Below, one piece after another: positions 38,271-51,190 of a stretch of DNA of 64,000 nucleotides. The stretch is from Podarcis tiliguerta (taxonomy: Eukaryota), in the NCBI GenBank assembly GCA_965153285.1, contig OZ229113.1; one strand, given 5' to 3'. Position 1 is the stretch's first letter. Each line of letters opens with the position of its first letter. The position numbers were made by a program, and so were the translations under genes. Below the pieces are notes generated by a model. That model was given only the letters and a program-made list of their open reading frames with translations. It did no database searches and was not told the origin of the DNA.

Positions 38271-40108
38271 GTACTAGATGCTGTCTAGATCAGTGCAATC
38301 TAACTGGCAGCAGCTCCCTACGATTTCAGACAGGGATCATTCTCGCTCCTACATGGAGATACCAGGGATTAAACCTGGGAACTTTTGCATGGAAGGTTGG
38401 TGCTGCAGCACTGAGCTGCAGCTGTTCTCCATAGGGAGGTACAGGCCCCAGGGTAAAGCCCTGGCAAAGCAAATGTATGTCCTACAGGGTTCCACTTGCC
38501 TATTCCTCCTAGGGTACAGAAATAATACTAGAGTAATGCTTCAGTCTTTAGAAGGGAGAACCATGGGGACAAATTCCCACTCAATAATAGCACCATCTAC
38601 CAATATACCATACGAGGGTAAAGCCTGGGATTGAGGGAATTTTCAGCTTTGACTTCCCCCAGTTTTTCATTGTTCTACTCATAAATTCTGTTCTCCATAT
38701 TTCCACATCAGTCTTTGAAAATACCATAAGAATCCACCAGTATTTCAGGGCTAATTTCTCCTAACATACATATTTTGTATGCATTTTTGCCTAATATACA
38801 CATTTTTGCTAATCTATTTATCCTAATCTAATGCATTTTGTATGCTATTTCCACTCAAATATGCATGTTCATACATACTTTACCCTAACATACACATTTT
38901 TGTATACATTACTTGTTTGGAGAACTGTAGTGCAAAATTCAGGGAAGTGCAAAATTCAAAGTATGGCTGTGTTTCATTTTCATATATTGTATTGTTTTTA
39001 ACAGTGCAAATGTAGGCAGGTATGCTTTAAGTGCAAACTGAACTGAATTTCTTGCCCATCCCTAGCAAAGCTTAAGTTAAGTCCTTCTCCCTGGTGCACT
39101 GCATTTTCGACATATAAGGAGGCCTCATTGTTATTAGGGGGTGGGGATGCATTCAGAAAGGTTCCTCATTTGCAGCCTGAAGTTGTATAATCCAGAAAAA
39201 TCTTAGCATTTGATTCTACTGCATGAGTACATTGGGCCTATGTGTCATGTGACTTACTTCTGAGTAGACAAGCACAGGATTAAGCTGGAGGATACAAAAA
39301 GAAGCACCAGAAGTCCCTATCTATAATAAAAGGACTATAAATGAGCTAATCTTTTATGTTTAAACCTTCAAAAATACTAGCCATCACTGGTATTTTCCCC
39401 CTTGAAATGAGAAGGAATTATAAGCATTTGGATTAGCATAAACTGCTGCCCAGCTTGACAGCTTCAGAATCATAAAATGAATTGACTGATGTCAAAACAT
39501 ACAGGACAATTAAAAATGATGTCAGAATTCTGTCCAAAATGAAACAAACATGTTCCTAATACAGTACATATATTAAAACATTGCAACCATTTTATTATAC
39601 AACCGTCTTTCCCCCAGGATCTATTTAAGGCATTTTGAGAATGCCATCTTCCCAACTATGTAAAGCCTTGCTTGTTAAATAAATAAATCCAGGAATCAAT
39701 CATTTTGTTTACAGCTGTAGCCTACACTTGTAGCTCTTTTAAAAAGTTGCAAAAATAAAGCACAGCAAAATGTATTTATAGAACAAATATACAAACCTAA
39801 TTTAAAAGTGTCTTATCCATCACATTGATTTCCCATAAAGAAAGGAAAATAGCAGAACCGGGCAGGCTATATCACTAATCATTGGGTGACAGGTATTTAT
39901 TGTGAGTGGGGGTGGTAGGGAGAGGAGAAAAGCAATCAGTAGTTTGGGAACCTTAATGTGTTTCTTTGAAAGACCCTCCGATTTCAACAGGACCTGATTC
40001 CACATCATTGTGCTCAAGGCTACAGGCTTTCAATGTACCAAAGACATACCAGTAGTGCCCTGGACCCACGTTTAAAACTAGTTTGGCATGCATCCCACCT
40101 CAACTTTT

Positions 40109-40268
40109 CATAGAACAGAATCATAGAACTGTAGAGTTGGAAGGGACCCTGAGGATCATCTAGTCCAACCCCCTGCAATGCAGGAACATGCAGCTGGTCC
40201 ATACAGGGATCGAACCTGCAACCTTGGTGTTATCAGCACCATGGTCTAACCAACTGAGCTATCCAGGC
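40109..40268 (-). mobile_element. tRNA-Ile-headed SINE with CR1-like tail
   Basis: Reverse complement GCCTGGATAGCTCAGTTGGTTAGACCATGGTGCTGATAACACCAAGGTTGCAGGTTCGATCCCTGT followed by the GGTTGGACTAGATGATCCTCAGGGTCCCTTCCAACTCTACAGTTCTATGATTC tail. Confidence 0.85.
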
Positions 40269-42559
40269 TCATCAAACTTTTAGCATACAGGTAAATAAAG
40301 AACACAGGTGTAGGGCTGCTAGATCAAATCAGAGCCCTGTGCAAGCCACGTTAATTCATTATTCACAAGAGGGGGTGCTCTACATGCTGAAGGGGGGGTG
40401 TACCACTGGTCCCACTCCACCCCAACATCCATGGATGTTTCCATTAGGAATGGAAGCCTATGCATGCAAGGATCTATGAAAGCAGGCTTGCCAACTACAG
40501 ACAACCACACTCTATGTGTGGACACTAAGGAGTGGGGCTGGGGAGCTGAACAGGTTTAAAGGTGGGGCTGATAGTGTGGCCCCATTGCCCTTTCAATGCA
40601 TGGAAACCCCTTCTTGCATTCAAGAGTGGCTAGCCAGGTGCTTCTGAGAAACTCAGAGAAGCAAAGTACGAAGGCAGTAATCCTCCTCTGCTTAGTGGCC
40701 TCTAGCATGTTGCTAGAGGTACAGTGCCCCTGAACATGGAGGTTCTATTTTGCCATTATTGCTAATAGCTACCGATAGGCCTCCTCTCCATGAATTTGTC
40801 TAAATACTTTTTAAAACTAGCAATCTCTGCATCTCAGAGTGATCCTTAAACGTGTGCTGGTGGGCTTCAAAGTTGAACATATGCTTCCTGAAAACTTCAT
40901 CTAGAACAGGTGGTGCTCTTATTCCAGACTTCTTATAGCTCACAGTTCACATCTGCTTAGCATGAACATCCCATGTTATGGAGATTATCCACCTTAGAAT
41001 TTGCAAGTTATGAAACACATTTGTTTACAAAATAAAAATAAAAATTGAGCTACAAGTCTGAAATCCCGTCTAATCACAGATGATGATAATATCTAATCAT
41101 AGCCATGACATGGCATTTGAAAGCATGATAGAAGACCAGTTTAGGCCCAAGATCAGACACCAGCATTTTCAAAGCAAACTCCAAATTTTAAACTCCAAAG
41201 TGCAGATTTATGCAAAACACCCTGGTACCATCCTTGTATTATACATGAGAGGCCACAAAAGAAGAGCCTTGCATCTGAACGTGTGAGCCTGACTGCATAG
41301 TGGAAACACAGTGGTGGGAACCAGCAGAATCCTGCAGAAGATTAGAAGCAATTTTTTAAAAAATTACAAAAAAAAAAATCGAAGAAGAATGTTTAGGAGA
41401 TGCTCTGACCCAGCATGAATAATTTTACTTCAATAGGAAACTTTAAAGAGGAAATGTGATGCTTTTCAATCACAGCATGGCCATGTCACACCAACTACTG
41501 CCACCCCCGCCCCAAATTCTGTGTGTCCATCATGAGGAACAGGCCACAGCTCTCAAGCCACTTAATCCAGAGAAGGTCCATAGACAACACACTCACACAC
41601 AAAGCTCAGAATAAACGGTTTAAGGGCGACAGCCTAACAATTAAAATTTGTAGGCAATAAATCACTTTGCCGACCCTAATTGCAGGCTGCTGTATAATGG
41701 AACACGCCCAGCTAAGACCTTCATGCCCCTACCCTGCACACCACATTCATCGAGTGCAGGAAGGCGGCACTGCAAATGCGGGTGGAGAGTTCCACAAAGC
41801 AATCAAACACAGCCCCAAATACATGCCACAAATCAATATACAAATCATTCAGAGAAGACTGAACAATAGGCTCCGTTTGGCCACTCGTTAGGAAAAGCCA
41901 CCATCCTCAGTTACATAATGGGCTTTTTAAAAAAAAATTAAAAAGGCATCCTTTAAAATGTGGCTCAAGTGATTAATATAGAATAATAAGCCACGTGGAC
42001 CACCTCGATGCACAGATGATAATGGACTTCAGAAGAGAATCACCCTGGCCATATTTTTGCCTATTTCCTTTCCTCATTTTCTCTCTCTCTCAAAAAAAGA
42101 GGTGACACCATCTGCCCCCATGTTAGCAGATGGGGCACGTTGTCCCTGTCTCCGCCTGCACGTTTTCAAAAAAAAAAAAACGCTATAGCTATCAATGCAT
42201 GAAATAAAGGTGTCTCCCCAGCATGCTCAAAGCAAGTAGACAGACATATCAGGATTCTTTTTTTAAAAAAAATGTAGAATACAGAATTTCCCTAGTGCCT
42301 GTGGCCAAATGAGGCAAGAGAAAGCCCAAAGGAGCCGGTTAAGGGGGGGGGGCGTTTTGCCTCTGCTTCCACACAATGACAGGCGCCTTCTCCCCTAGAC
42401 AGAGAGGGAACCTCCTCCTCCCCATCTCAGCCATAGCCAAGCAGCCCAAAATGGTGCAAAAAAATCGCAGAGCTCCCCAATTTGGCAAAGCAGGAAAGGG
42501 GTTGCTTAGGGAAAAAAGAGAGAGAGAGAAAGCCCCGGAGCAGCTCCCTACCTAACCCA

Positions 42560-43350
42560 ACCCGCATCCTTCCAAGATGCTCATCCCAAGACAATGGGGA
42601 GAGGTGTGTGCTGGGGAGGGGGAGGCACACACGCTTTTGACAGCCAGGACCTTTCTTTTTTTGCATTACAGGGACAGAGTCGGCGGGGGGGGGGGCGCAA
42701 ATGCCTCCCCCTCCCCGAGAAAGGCAGGCGGGCGGGCGGGCGAGGAGCTTCTCCTTTGCGCAGCGCTTACCTGTGCCTTGCAAATCGCGCAGCGTCCCTT
42801 CTCGCCTTCCCCACAAGCGCAGGCAGTTGCGCGGGCTGGCTGGCTGGCTTGGCGCAAAGGGGGTGGGTACCACCGGCGTCTCTCAGCAGACAAAGCCCAG
42901 CTCGGCGGCCACGAGCAGCAGCGCCGTCCTGCTCTCGCACGGAGCTTGGCGGCTGCGGCTGCCTGAGGGAAGGGCTCGGCTGGCTTTGTGGCGGCTCCCC
43001 TCCCGGGCACCCTTCCTGCTGCCTCGCGGGCTGGCTGGCTGGCTAACGCGGCGGCTGAGTCGCTCCTGCAACCGCTTCGCCTTTCTTCTCCCTTCAGCCG
43101 CTTACGGGGCTCATTTGCATTCTTAGCCCGGCCCTCCTGGAAATGCGGCTCTTCGGGCTGGGCGAAGCGCGAGCACGGCCTCTGCCCAGAGGGCGGCGCT
43201 GTTCCCGCCGACACCGCCCTGCCCCGCCCTCCGCCGCCAGGGATGGTAGCGGCCCGGGAGGCTGCAGAAGGCGTCGGAAGAGAGGAAGATATAGCCTGCC
43301 TCTGTCCCACAGGCTCAAAGAGGAAGTTAGACTCGGTCTGGAACGTGGGA
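42560..43350 (-). promoter_or_regulatory. CpG island / DCLK1 promoter
   Basis: Abrupt rise in GC and CpG density. GC boxes (CCGCCC) at about 43214-43235 and an octamer ATTTGCAT at 43113-43120. Confidence 0.85.
42771..43050 (-). other. DCLK1: DCLK1 putative non-coding exon 1 (5' UTR); 5' boundary approximate
   Basis: Strong donor CAG|GTAAGC (GT at 42770-42769) inside the only large CpG island, 7.3 kb upstream of the ATG exon. This matches the known vertebrate structure with a non-coding first exon. The TSS cannot be fixed from sequence. Confidence 0.75.
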
Positions 43351-43352
43351 AG

Positions 43353-44172
43353 CATAGAAGTCACCTCCTAGGGGCCGAGGTCCCTTCGCCCCCCCCCCCA
43401 GCAAAATATTTGAGGGGGCTTGTTGTTGTTGTTTAGTCGTTTAGTCGTGTCCGACTCTTCGTGACCCCATGGACCAGAGCACGCCAGGCACTCCTGTCCT
43501 CCACTGCCTGCCGCAGTTTGGTCAAACGCATGCTGGTAGCTTCGAGAACACCATCCAACCATCTCGTCCTCTGTCGTCTCCTTCTCCTTGTGCCCTCCAT
43601 CTTTCCCAACATCAGGTTCTTTTCCAGTGAGTCTTCTCTTCTCATGAGGTGGCCAAAGTATTGGAGCCTCAGCTTCACGATCTGTCCTTCCAGTGAGCAC
43701 TCAGGGCTGATTTCCTTAAGAATGGATGCGTTTGATCTTCTTGCAGTCCATGGGACTCTCAAGAGTCTCCTCCAGCACCGTAATTCAAAAGCATCAATTC
43801 TTCGGCGATCAGCCTTCTTTATGGTCCAGCTCTCGCTTCCATATTTGAGGGGGCTGGTCCCCCCCAAAGTTGATGGACATTGCTATTCAAATAGTGTGGG
43901 TGCGCCCTATTATGTGATCAATTATGTGGGGTGGGTCTTACCTGCCCCCTAGTGTCTTATTCATTGGGGTGAGACACTAAATAGTGCCTCTGGGCAGGGG
44001 TGCCAACTTGAATAAAATGGTTTTTTGTGGGGGGGGGGGGACCTGCCCCACAAAATCACAAGACACGGCACACACACCATTGAATGGCAATGCCCATCAA
44101 TTTGTAGAGAGAGTGATCCTCCCCAGTATTTAAGGGGGGGGGGGCGAAGGGCTCTAGGAGTTGGCACCTATG
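43353..44172. mobile_element. TIR element (hAT-like MITE) interrupted by BovB, directly upstream of the DCLK1 CpG island
   Basis: Imperfect TIRs CATAGAAGTCACCTCCTAG / CTAGGAGTTGGCACCTATG and mirrored subterminal CCCTTCGCCCCCCC / GGGGGGGCGAAGGG. Confidence 0.65.
43421..43840 (-). mobile_element. BovB (RTE) LINE, 5'-truncated, open ORF
   Basis: YGSESWTIKKADRRRIDAFELRCWRRLLRVPWTARRSN...LQYFGHLMRRED...; (CAA)n tail; 15-bp TSD ATATTTGAGGGGGCT. Confidence 0.96.
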
Positions 44173-44921
44173 CCTGTTGAGCATGTGAAGAGAGGCGAAG
44201 GCTTTTTTAAAAGTGTGGCGGCCAAAGCCTGACTTTGGGAGAGGTTTTTTCTCCTCCCTCTCTCTTTTCAAAGGTGATCCCTGCAATAGTAGGAATGGTG
44301 TGTGGGAACAAATGCAGCGCAGCTTTTCCTGACCAACCCACAGAATCTGCCAGGGTGATGTAGGGGCATCCTTTAGGGAAGAACAGGATGGTGCTGGACT
44401 AGATGGGGCCTTTGGTGCAGCAGGGCTCTGCTTACGCTCTTAGGGATACCAACTTCTAGGCAGTCTGGCATTCCTGTAGAAACATATTCACATGCTAACA
44501 ATGAATACAAGGGCTACTTCAGATTAATGTTTCTATGTGCACATAGTCCACTGGTTTAGTCCTTTTGCTCTGGATTAAATGCGATCACCTTCCCATGCTA
44601 ATTGGCCTCTCACTGTCTCCTAATAGCAGGGTCGGCCAAAGACGTTTTCTTGCCTGAGGCAGTGTACAAGATGGCATCCTCCCTCTCCGCTCCACATACA
44701 GAAGCTGACCAAACGGAGTCCTGCTTCATCACGGGTGTCAAGAGGGTGCCTTCAGAGCCGGTTACCCAGGACAGACCATGGGCAACAGGCCGTGTGGCTG
44801 GTGGAGGGTGGCAGGGGTTATTTGCCAGTTGAACAGCTGCCTCACTGGTTAAAGCCAGTGGTCTTGTAGATGACCACCCCATGACAAATTCCACCTACTC
44901 TACAGAGGAGTCTCTTTAGAG

Positions 44922-45057
44922 CAGACATCCCCAAATGTGGCCCTCCAGCTGTTTTGGGACTACAACTTCCATCATCCCTAGCTGACAGGACCAGTGGTCA
45001 GGGATGATGGGGATTGTAGTCCCAAAACAGCTGGAGGGCCGAGTTTGGGGGTGCCTG
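44922..45057. mobile_element. hAT-type palindromic MITE
   Basis: Near-perfect hairpin GGCCCTCCAGCTGTTTTGGGACTACAA...TTGTAGTCCCAAAACAGCTGGAGGGCC; TSD-like CTTTAGAG/CTTTAAGA. Confidence 0.85.
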
Positions 45058-45882
45058 CTTTAAGAGTATATCATTGTTAGATGGTCAACCGACTCACAAA
45101 CTATAGAACTCCATCAGTGGGATTCGCTAGTGGATGAATGAGTGAATGATGGAAATGATTCAGCTCCTCTGGATTGTAAGAAACAAGTGGGGCCTGCAAC
45201 AAATAGCTGTGGTGCAAGCTCCTTTCTAAAAGTGCTATCTAGCCAGCCGTTGCTCCCAGCAGACGTGAATTCCTCTCCTCCTACACCCCACATGTCACAG
45301 TTTTTTGTTCCAACTGACACACTACATTCCACTGCTCACTCCTCATTGGACTATTTTTCAAGGGGTTGCCCAATTGGGTGTGTTTTTTGTTTGTTTGTTT
45401 TTCACTTATACAAATCACAGGGTTTTCACAAGCATGGAACCTTCTGGATGAAAAACATGTGCTTTCCCGCTGAGCCAGGGTCCTTTCCAAACCACACCCC
45501 CATGCCACCAGGAGGAAATGGTTCCTACGCCTTTATCCCAGAATCTTCTAACAAAGTCTATAAGCTGACCTCATGGCTACAACATCCAGCCTAATACAGG
45601 TATATGTCCTTGTTTTGGTTTTTATTCTTCCTCATCTGCACCTTGTTGCAGCACCTAGACTGAGTTCTTTGGGACCTGGAAGCTTGCCACAATTTTGTGA
45701 CATTTTAGTAGGTCCTGAATCTGATAAAGGTATTGGTCAACTGTGGATTTTGGAGGGTCCCCACCCCCAATAGCTACCTTTGTTTTTTATATAATAAACA
45801 TTTTCTGTAATGCACATCTAAGGTATTTCATACCAGGCATAGCTACAGTATAAATTTATATCAGTTGTGTGATACCCAGTAT

Positions 45883-46201
45883 CAATCCTGGATTTACGTA
45901 TAAGCTAAACAAGCTACAGCTTAGGACCCCACTCTCTTGGGGGGGGGCCCAAAAAAAATCACTATTAATATACTACTTCTTAATTGTATTTCAGTTCAAC
46001 AATTACTTTGATAAAATACATATTTTGTTATGTGCAAATGGCTTTAGATACCTATTAGGTCCATGAATATATGCGATATATACACAAAACAAACAGTAAC
46101 ACAAACACAAAAAACAGTGACAATTTTTTGTTGACAAAGGACAGCTGGACCTTCATTACCTTCAGTAGCTTAGGGCCTCATCAAACCTAAATCCGGCCCT
46201 G
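45883..46201. mobile_element. hAT-type non-autonomous DNA transposon
   Basis: Right TIR AAATCCGGCCCTG, degenerate left TIR, 8-bp TSD CCCAGTAT/CACAGTAT. Confidence 0.7.
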
Positions 46202-48110
46202 CACAGTATCATGTCCTTCCCAAAGAATCTTGGTAATTCAAGTCTGACACAGTACAGAAACTCATCTGTTAGAGGGTCTCAGCCTTCTTGCAGAAATACA
46301 ATTTCCAAGTGTCCCCAGGGAAGAGGAAATGACCATTGAACTACTTGGTGTCTATCTTATAGATATGCTTCTTTATCAGTGTGTGCCTGAACCATCTGTT
46401 TGGGAGAGTTAGGCCTTAGCTCAATGGTAAACCACATGCAAAAGACCCCTGGTTCAACTCCTGACATCTGGTTGGGCTGGGAAGGTTGCTTGAAACCATG
46501 AAGATCTGCTGCCAGCTGAATGGGTTGCGATACAGAAAAGCAGGTCTTTTCAGCTCATACTGGTCTGTTTGCATGGGAAATGGCCACAGTAACCGAACCA
46601 GTCTCCACATAAGAGGGATTAGTATTTGTACAAGTTATCCGCACTATTCCAGTTTCCAGAGATGAACACCAGCCAGGCAAGCAAGGAGTAAGGATTTAAC
46701 ACACCAATGTGTGTGGATGGCAGGGGACAGATGTTCATAGCATGTGAACTTGTCCGTCAAAAGTGGCTGGATGTTTCTTTGATTATAACCATAAAAAAAT
46801 AAAAATAAAGATCACATTAAAGCTAAGGCTTTGATCTTATGGGAGATCTGATAACACGGCGGTAGACCACAAGCTTTGCACACAGCAGGTCCCAGGTCCA
46901 ACTTTGAGCATCACCAGTTAAAAGGATCAGGTAGCAGATGATGTGAATGAGTCTCCACCTAGGACCCCAGGAAGCCACTTCCGGTCAGACACAAGGCGAG
47001 CTGGAGAAATAGACTGATCTCTTACAAGGTAGTTTCCTGTGTTCACATTTGTAGGTTTATCACTTGATTTTTCGACAACGGATGACTGACAATTGAACAT
47101 GTGAACCCTGGAAAACATGGGCGATGCAAATAAGCCCTACATGTTACCCGGGTTTGCTCAGGGCCAAGAACATTTCTTATTTGTGTTCTGACTATAGGTA
47201 GACCTTAAATGTGCATAGCTGGTGGCTTTCCGCATTAAAATGCATCCAAGCATAAGTGCTTGAAGGATCAAGACTTTGCTTGTAAGGATTTTGAGAGAAA
47301 ACACCATGAATTATATATGTGGGCGTGCTCTCCTTAAGTGATGCAGTACACGTCTGTTTGTACTTGGGTGCTGAAAATGCAGCTAAAATTTGTATGTGTG
47401 GCTGGCTAGCAGGGCCTGTACCACCTTTGTTTTGGCTGTCTGCTCTTTTAACAGCTGCTGAATAAGTGAGCATTGTTTTATGCCGCAGACAGCTCCTCTG
47501 TGTCCAAAACATGGTTCTAAAGCTTTGTCAGCATCGCTTTCCCCCCCAGTTCTGCTGGCAGTGTTTGGGCTTGTCTGTCATCCTTATAGATTGTTCTTTT
47601 TCTCTCTCCCTCTCTTTCTTTTCATCGTAACAGTCTAAAAGAAGAATTACAGCATTATAAAAGGACAACCTAAGTAACCCGCATTCCCTGAGAACCGGGA
47701 AGATTATTGGCTTGCTTTTGGAGGCAATGTTTTTGAGTGTCAGGAAGAATGAGCAATAGTTGCAGAAGAAGAAGAAGGAAAGAATGAAGGAACATGCATA
47801 GCCAACCTGGGGGAAAATTCAGCAACTCTTAGCTAGCTTGTATGGTCAGATCTACATATTCATATATATTCAGGCTTGAAAACAGCGCTCTATGCATGGT
47901 GGAGGGGGGGATGCAGACCCCAGGCTAAAAGGAATCTCCCATCCTTAAGGTAAATGCTTCCTCCAGAACTGCTGAGAACATTTCCAAACATTTCCTGCAA
48001 ATGTTGGTCACCTGTTAGGTGGCTGAAAAAGAGAGGAAAGTGCTTTAAAAAGTCAAACACACGAGTGTTCTCTCTCTCTCATATGCCCACAGGTGGTTAG
48101 TGCGGTTAGT

Positions 48111-48458
48111 AAGGGAAATGGGTAGTGTTGTGGTCTAATCACTGAGCCCCCTGGGTTTGCTGATCAGAAGGTCGGCACTTTGAGTCTGCATGATGGAGTG
48201 AGCTCTGTCCCAGGTTCTGCCAACCTAGCAGTTTGAAGTCATACCAGTGCAAGTAGATAAATAGGTACCACTGTGGTGGGAAGATAAATGGTGTTTCCAT
48301 GTGCTCTGGCACTCATCGTGGTTCTCCATGGGTCAGTAGCTAGAAAGCTGTCTGTGGACAAATGCCGGCTCCCTCAGCCTGAAAAGCGAGGTGAGTGCCA
48401 CACCCCATAGTTGCCTTTGACTGGACTTAACCATCCAGGGGTCTTTTACCTTTTACCT
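48111..48458 (+). mobile_element. Sauria SINE, older diverged copy
   Basis: GTGCAAGTAGATAAATAGGTACC core and TTTTACC tail. Confidence 0.8.
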
Positions 48459-50230
48459 TGACTAAACATCTCATAAGCAGTAGACGTCAATGTATGAACA
48501 GTGCATGCATATCCTCTACTCAACCGCACCTGCCTTTTGCCTTCACTTGGAGAGATTTGCCTGGTGAAATCAGTTTTTACTTGAGGATCTTCCCTGCTTT
48601 ATCTAGGTGTCAGCGCAAGAGGTGTGCCCCCATGTCCACCCAAGAGTCAGTTCGCATATGATGAAATTTGCTCCAACGTGCACAGATAACACCTCACACA
48701 AATGACTTGCTTGCAAGAGTAAGGCTGCTGTGAAGCATATCTACAGAAGACATAAACGCAGTTCCCTTTAGCAAAGTTTCACCACCTACCATGGGACACA
48801 GTGAAAGCTACCAAAATGGTCTCTTTTTTTGCTTTCCCAAAGCTGTGCAGCTCAGACAAAGCGTCCATTCATCTAAGTGGCGTGTTTGAACATCTCAGAG
48901 ACAAGCCATATTGCATACAAAAACTTACAGGCTGTGAATATCTTCATTGGCAAATAACTGATCTGTTCTGAAATCTCTGGGGGTTTGTTGCTCGGATGTC
49001 AGAAGTTTGTGCCAAGGGGAAATAGACCTTGAATTGCGTATTCTAAGGTCTGTGAACATTAGTTAAATGTAGCTATTTCTATTCTTAGAGGCTACAGACC
49101 ATACATTTTCAAAGGGCATCCCTTTTTTTATTGTTCAAATTGGGACCGTAGGGTGTTTTCAGAGTCTTTGATGAAAATGGACAGATGACACGCTGTGACT
49201 CAGTCACATGGCTCAGCCATCTTCCACTAAACCACATAAGGAGGAGTATACAGTTCTTCTATGATAAATCAGATATGCAAACAATGGCAGTAGTTGTCTC
49301 CCAGAAACTGAACTGTTGCTTTTAGCTGGCATGTGTCTTACAGGTCATATACAGTATGGGAGAGGCAAGCCCTCTATTGATATACTGTCCACGTTAGGAC
49401 AGAAACAAATGGGAGGAGGTTAACACTTCTGCTGTAATCCAGAATTCCAGTTAGGTAGATGCAGTTAATTAGTGTAGCTGTGGTATAGTTGGAGTTCACA
49501 ATAGTTTAATCTCCATTAATATGTTAGGCGTGTAATAATTTGATAGCCATATCCAAATTAATATTTCTCCCACATACTTAGTTGGGAGAAACACGCTTTT
49601 GTCTGCTTCGTGGGGAGGGGGTGGGGAGGCATCAACCCCTTTGTCAGAAATCAGTAATCACATTTTTCAGGATGGATGAAACTGTATTATAACAAATCAC
49701 ACAAAGGAAAGGCCCTTAAAGGAAAATAGGGCTGTTAGCGTAGAAAGTCAGCATACATTTGATTGAAACAAATTATGCAAATCTGATTCAAGATTCCGTT
49801 TCAGAGATGGCAAGCAGTTTAATGGATAATGTTCGTGCAATCGACAGTAAAGAATCATAATCTGGAGCGTTGGCTTTCAGATATCCTGGTCTAGCTTTGC
49901 AAAAGACAAGTAAACTGCCTCAGAAGTAAAAATAGTGTTTTCAAAGGAAATAAGACAGATTCAAAGAAGCTAAGGCTATGAATGGCTACATGTCCTGATG
50001 GTTGTCTATTACTTCCAGCATCATAAGATGCCTCTGAATCCCAGTAGTTGGAGGAGGAGGAGAGCAGGAGAGGAATTTTGCTTTCATGGCAAGACTATGA
50101 GCTTCCCATTGAAACTGCTTGGCCAGTTTGGGAACCAGGATATTGGGATTAATAGGCCTTTTGTTTCACCCAGTCAGGTTGTTCTTATGTTCTTATTACA
50201 AGATGACTGTCTCCCTCCCTCCCTCCCTCC

Positions 50231-50262
<32 letters not shown>

Positions 50263-50263
<1 letters not shown>

Positions 50264-50622
50264 AAAAGGTAAAGGTACCCCTGCCCGTACGGGCCAGTCT
50301 TGACAGACTCTAGGGTTGTGCGCCCATCTCACTCAAAGAGGCCGGGGGCCAGCGCTGTCCGAAGACACTTCCGGGTCACGTGGCCAGCGTGACATCGCTG
50401 CTCTGGCGAGCCAGAGCCGCACACGGAACGCCGTTTACCTTCCCGCTAGTAAGCGGTCCCTATTTATCTACTTGCACCCGAGAGTGCTTTCGAATTGCTA
50501 GGTTGGCAGGGGCTGGGACTGAACAACGGGAGCGCACCCCGCCGCGGGGATTCGAACCGCCGACCTTTCGATCAGCAAGCCCTAGGCACTGAGGCTTTAA
50601 CCCACAGCGCCACCCGCGTCCC
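50263..50622 (-). mobile_element. Sauria SINE, young CpG-rich copy in an (AT)n tract
   Basis: Close match to the reverse complement of the 14480 copy; flanked by (AT)n on both sides. Confidence 0.95.
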
Positions 50623-51163
50623 AAATATATATATATATATGCCAGCTATAAACATATATTTTCAAACTTGAACATTAAACTAGTATAACGGTAAAATAAA
50701 CATTTTAACTACCTATGACTTAATTAGGAGTCTATTAATGCAGGGAATACTCTTCAAAAGCTACTTCTGGGAGGGAAAAGCGGTGGCACAGGCCATTTTA
50801 GGGGAACAAGGATTTAAGTCCTGCTGTATAAAGACTTCAATATATATGACAAAAAGCTAGAGGAGTGGATGAGGCAGTGTGAATTTTCTTTGGGCGTGGA
50901 GTACCCATTACTACCCAGCCACCCTGGGCTTCTTCAAGAGGAAGGACAGGATATAAACTGCATGAATTTGTGAGCAAATAAATACCCCCACCCCCTAGAA
51001 GCAACCCTGAGTTAACCAAACAAGAGGTTAAGAAAGTGATGAGGAAAGGTTGGGAAGGCAGGAAGGTCATAAATTAAGCAGATACAACCAGTCACACTTG
51101 CAGGTCTCTAACCGCATGCTTTCTTTGAAGTCTGACTACATCCAGAAAGCTGAACAGAGCATC

Positions 51164-51190
51164 TCAGCACCAGCAGCAATGGACAGAGCC
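51164..51190 (+). promoter_or_regulatory. candidate non-canonical (bipartite) REST/RE1 site
   Basis: TCAGCACC + 9-nt spacer + GGACAGAGCC; both halves match the RE1 consensus. Confidence 0.4.

Noticed and set aside
40195-40268. tRNA-Ile(GAT)-like sequence (also about 57010-57076) and tRNA-Lys-like sequence at about 8525-8596
   Set aside because: These are SINE heads fused to CR1-like tails, with imperfect acceptor stems; not genuine tRNA genes.
42427-43436. Many long overlapping ORFs (up to 232 aa) in both orientations
   Set aside because: Expected from stop-codon scarcity in a CpG island; low-complexity Ala/Pro/Arg/Gly translations with no recognisable domain.
44922-45057. Hairpins as miRNA precursors (also 11502-11628, 22346-22446 and 38050-38170)
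   Set aside because: Explained by palindromic MITEs; no small-RNA evidence is available.
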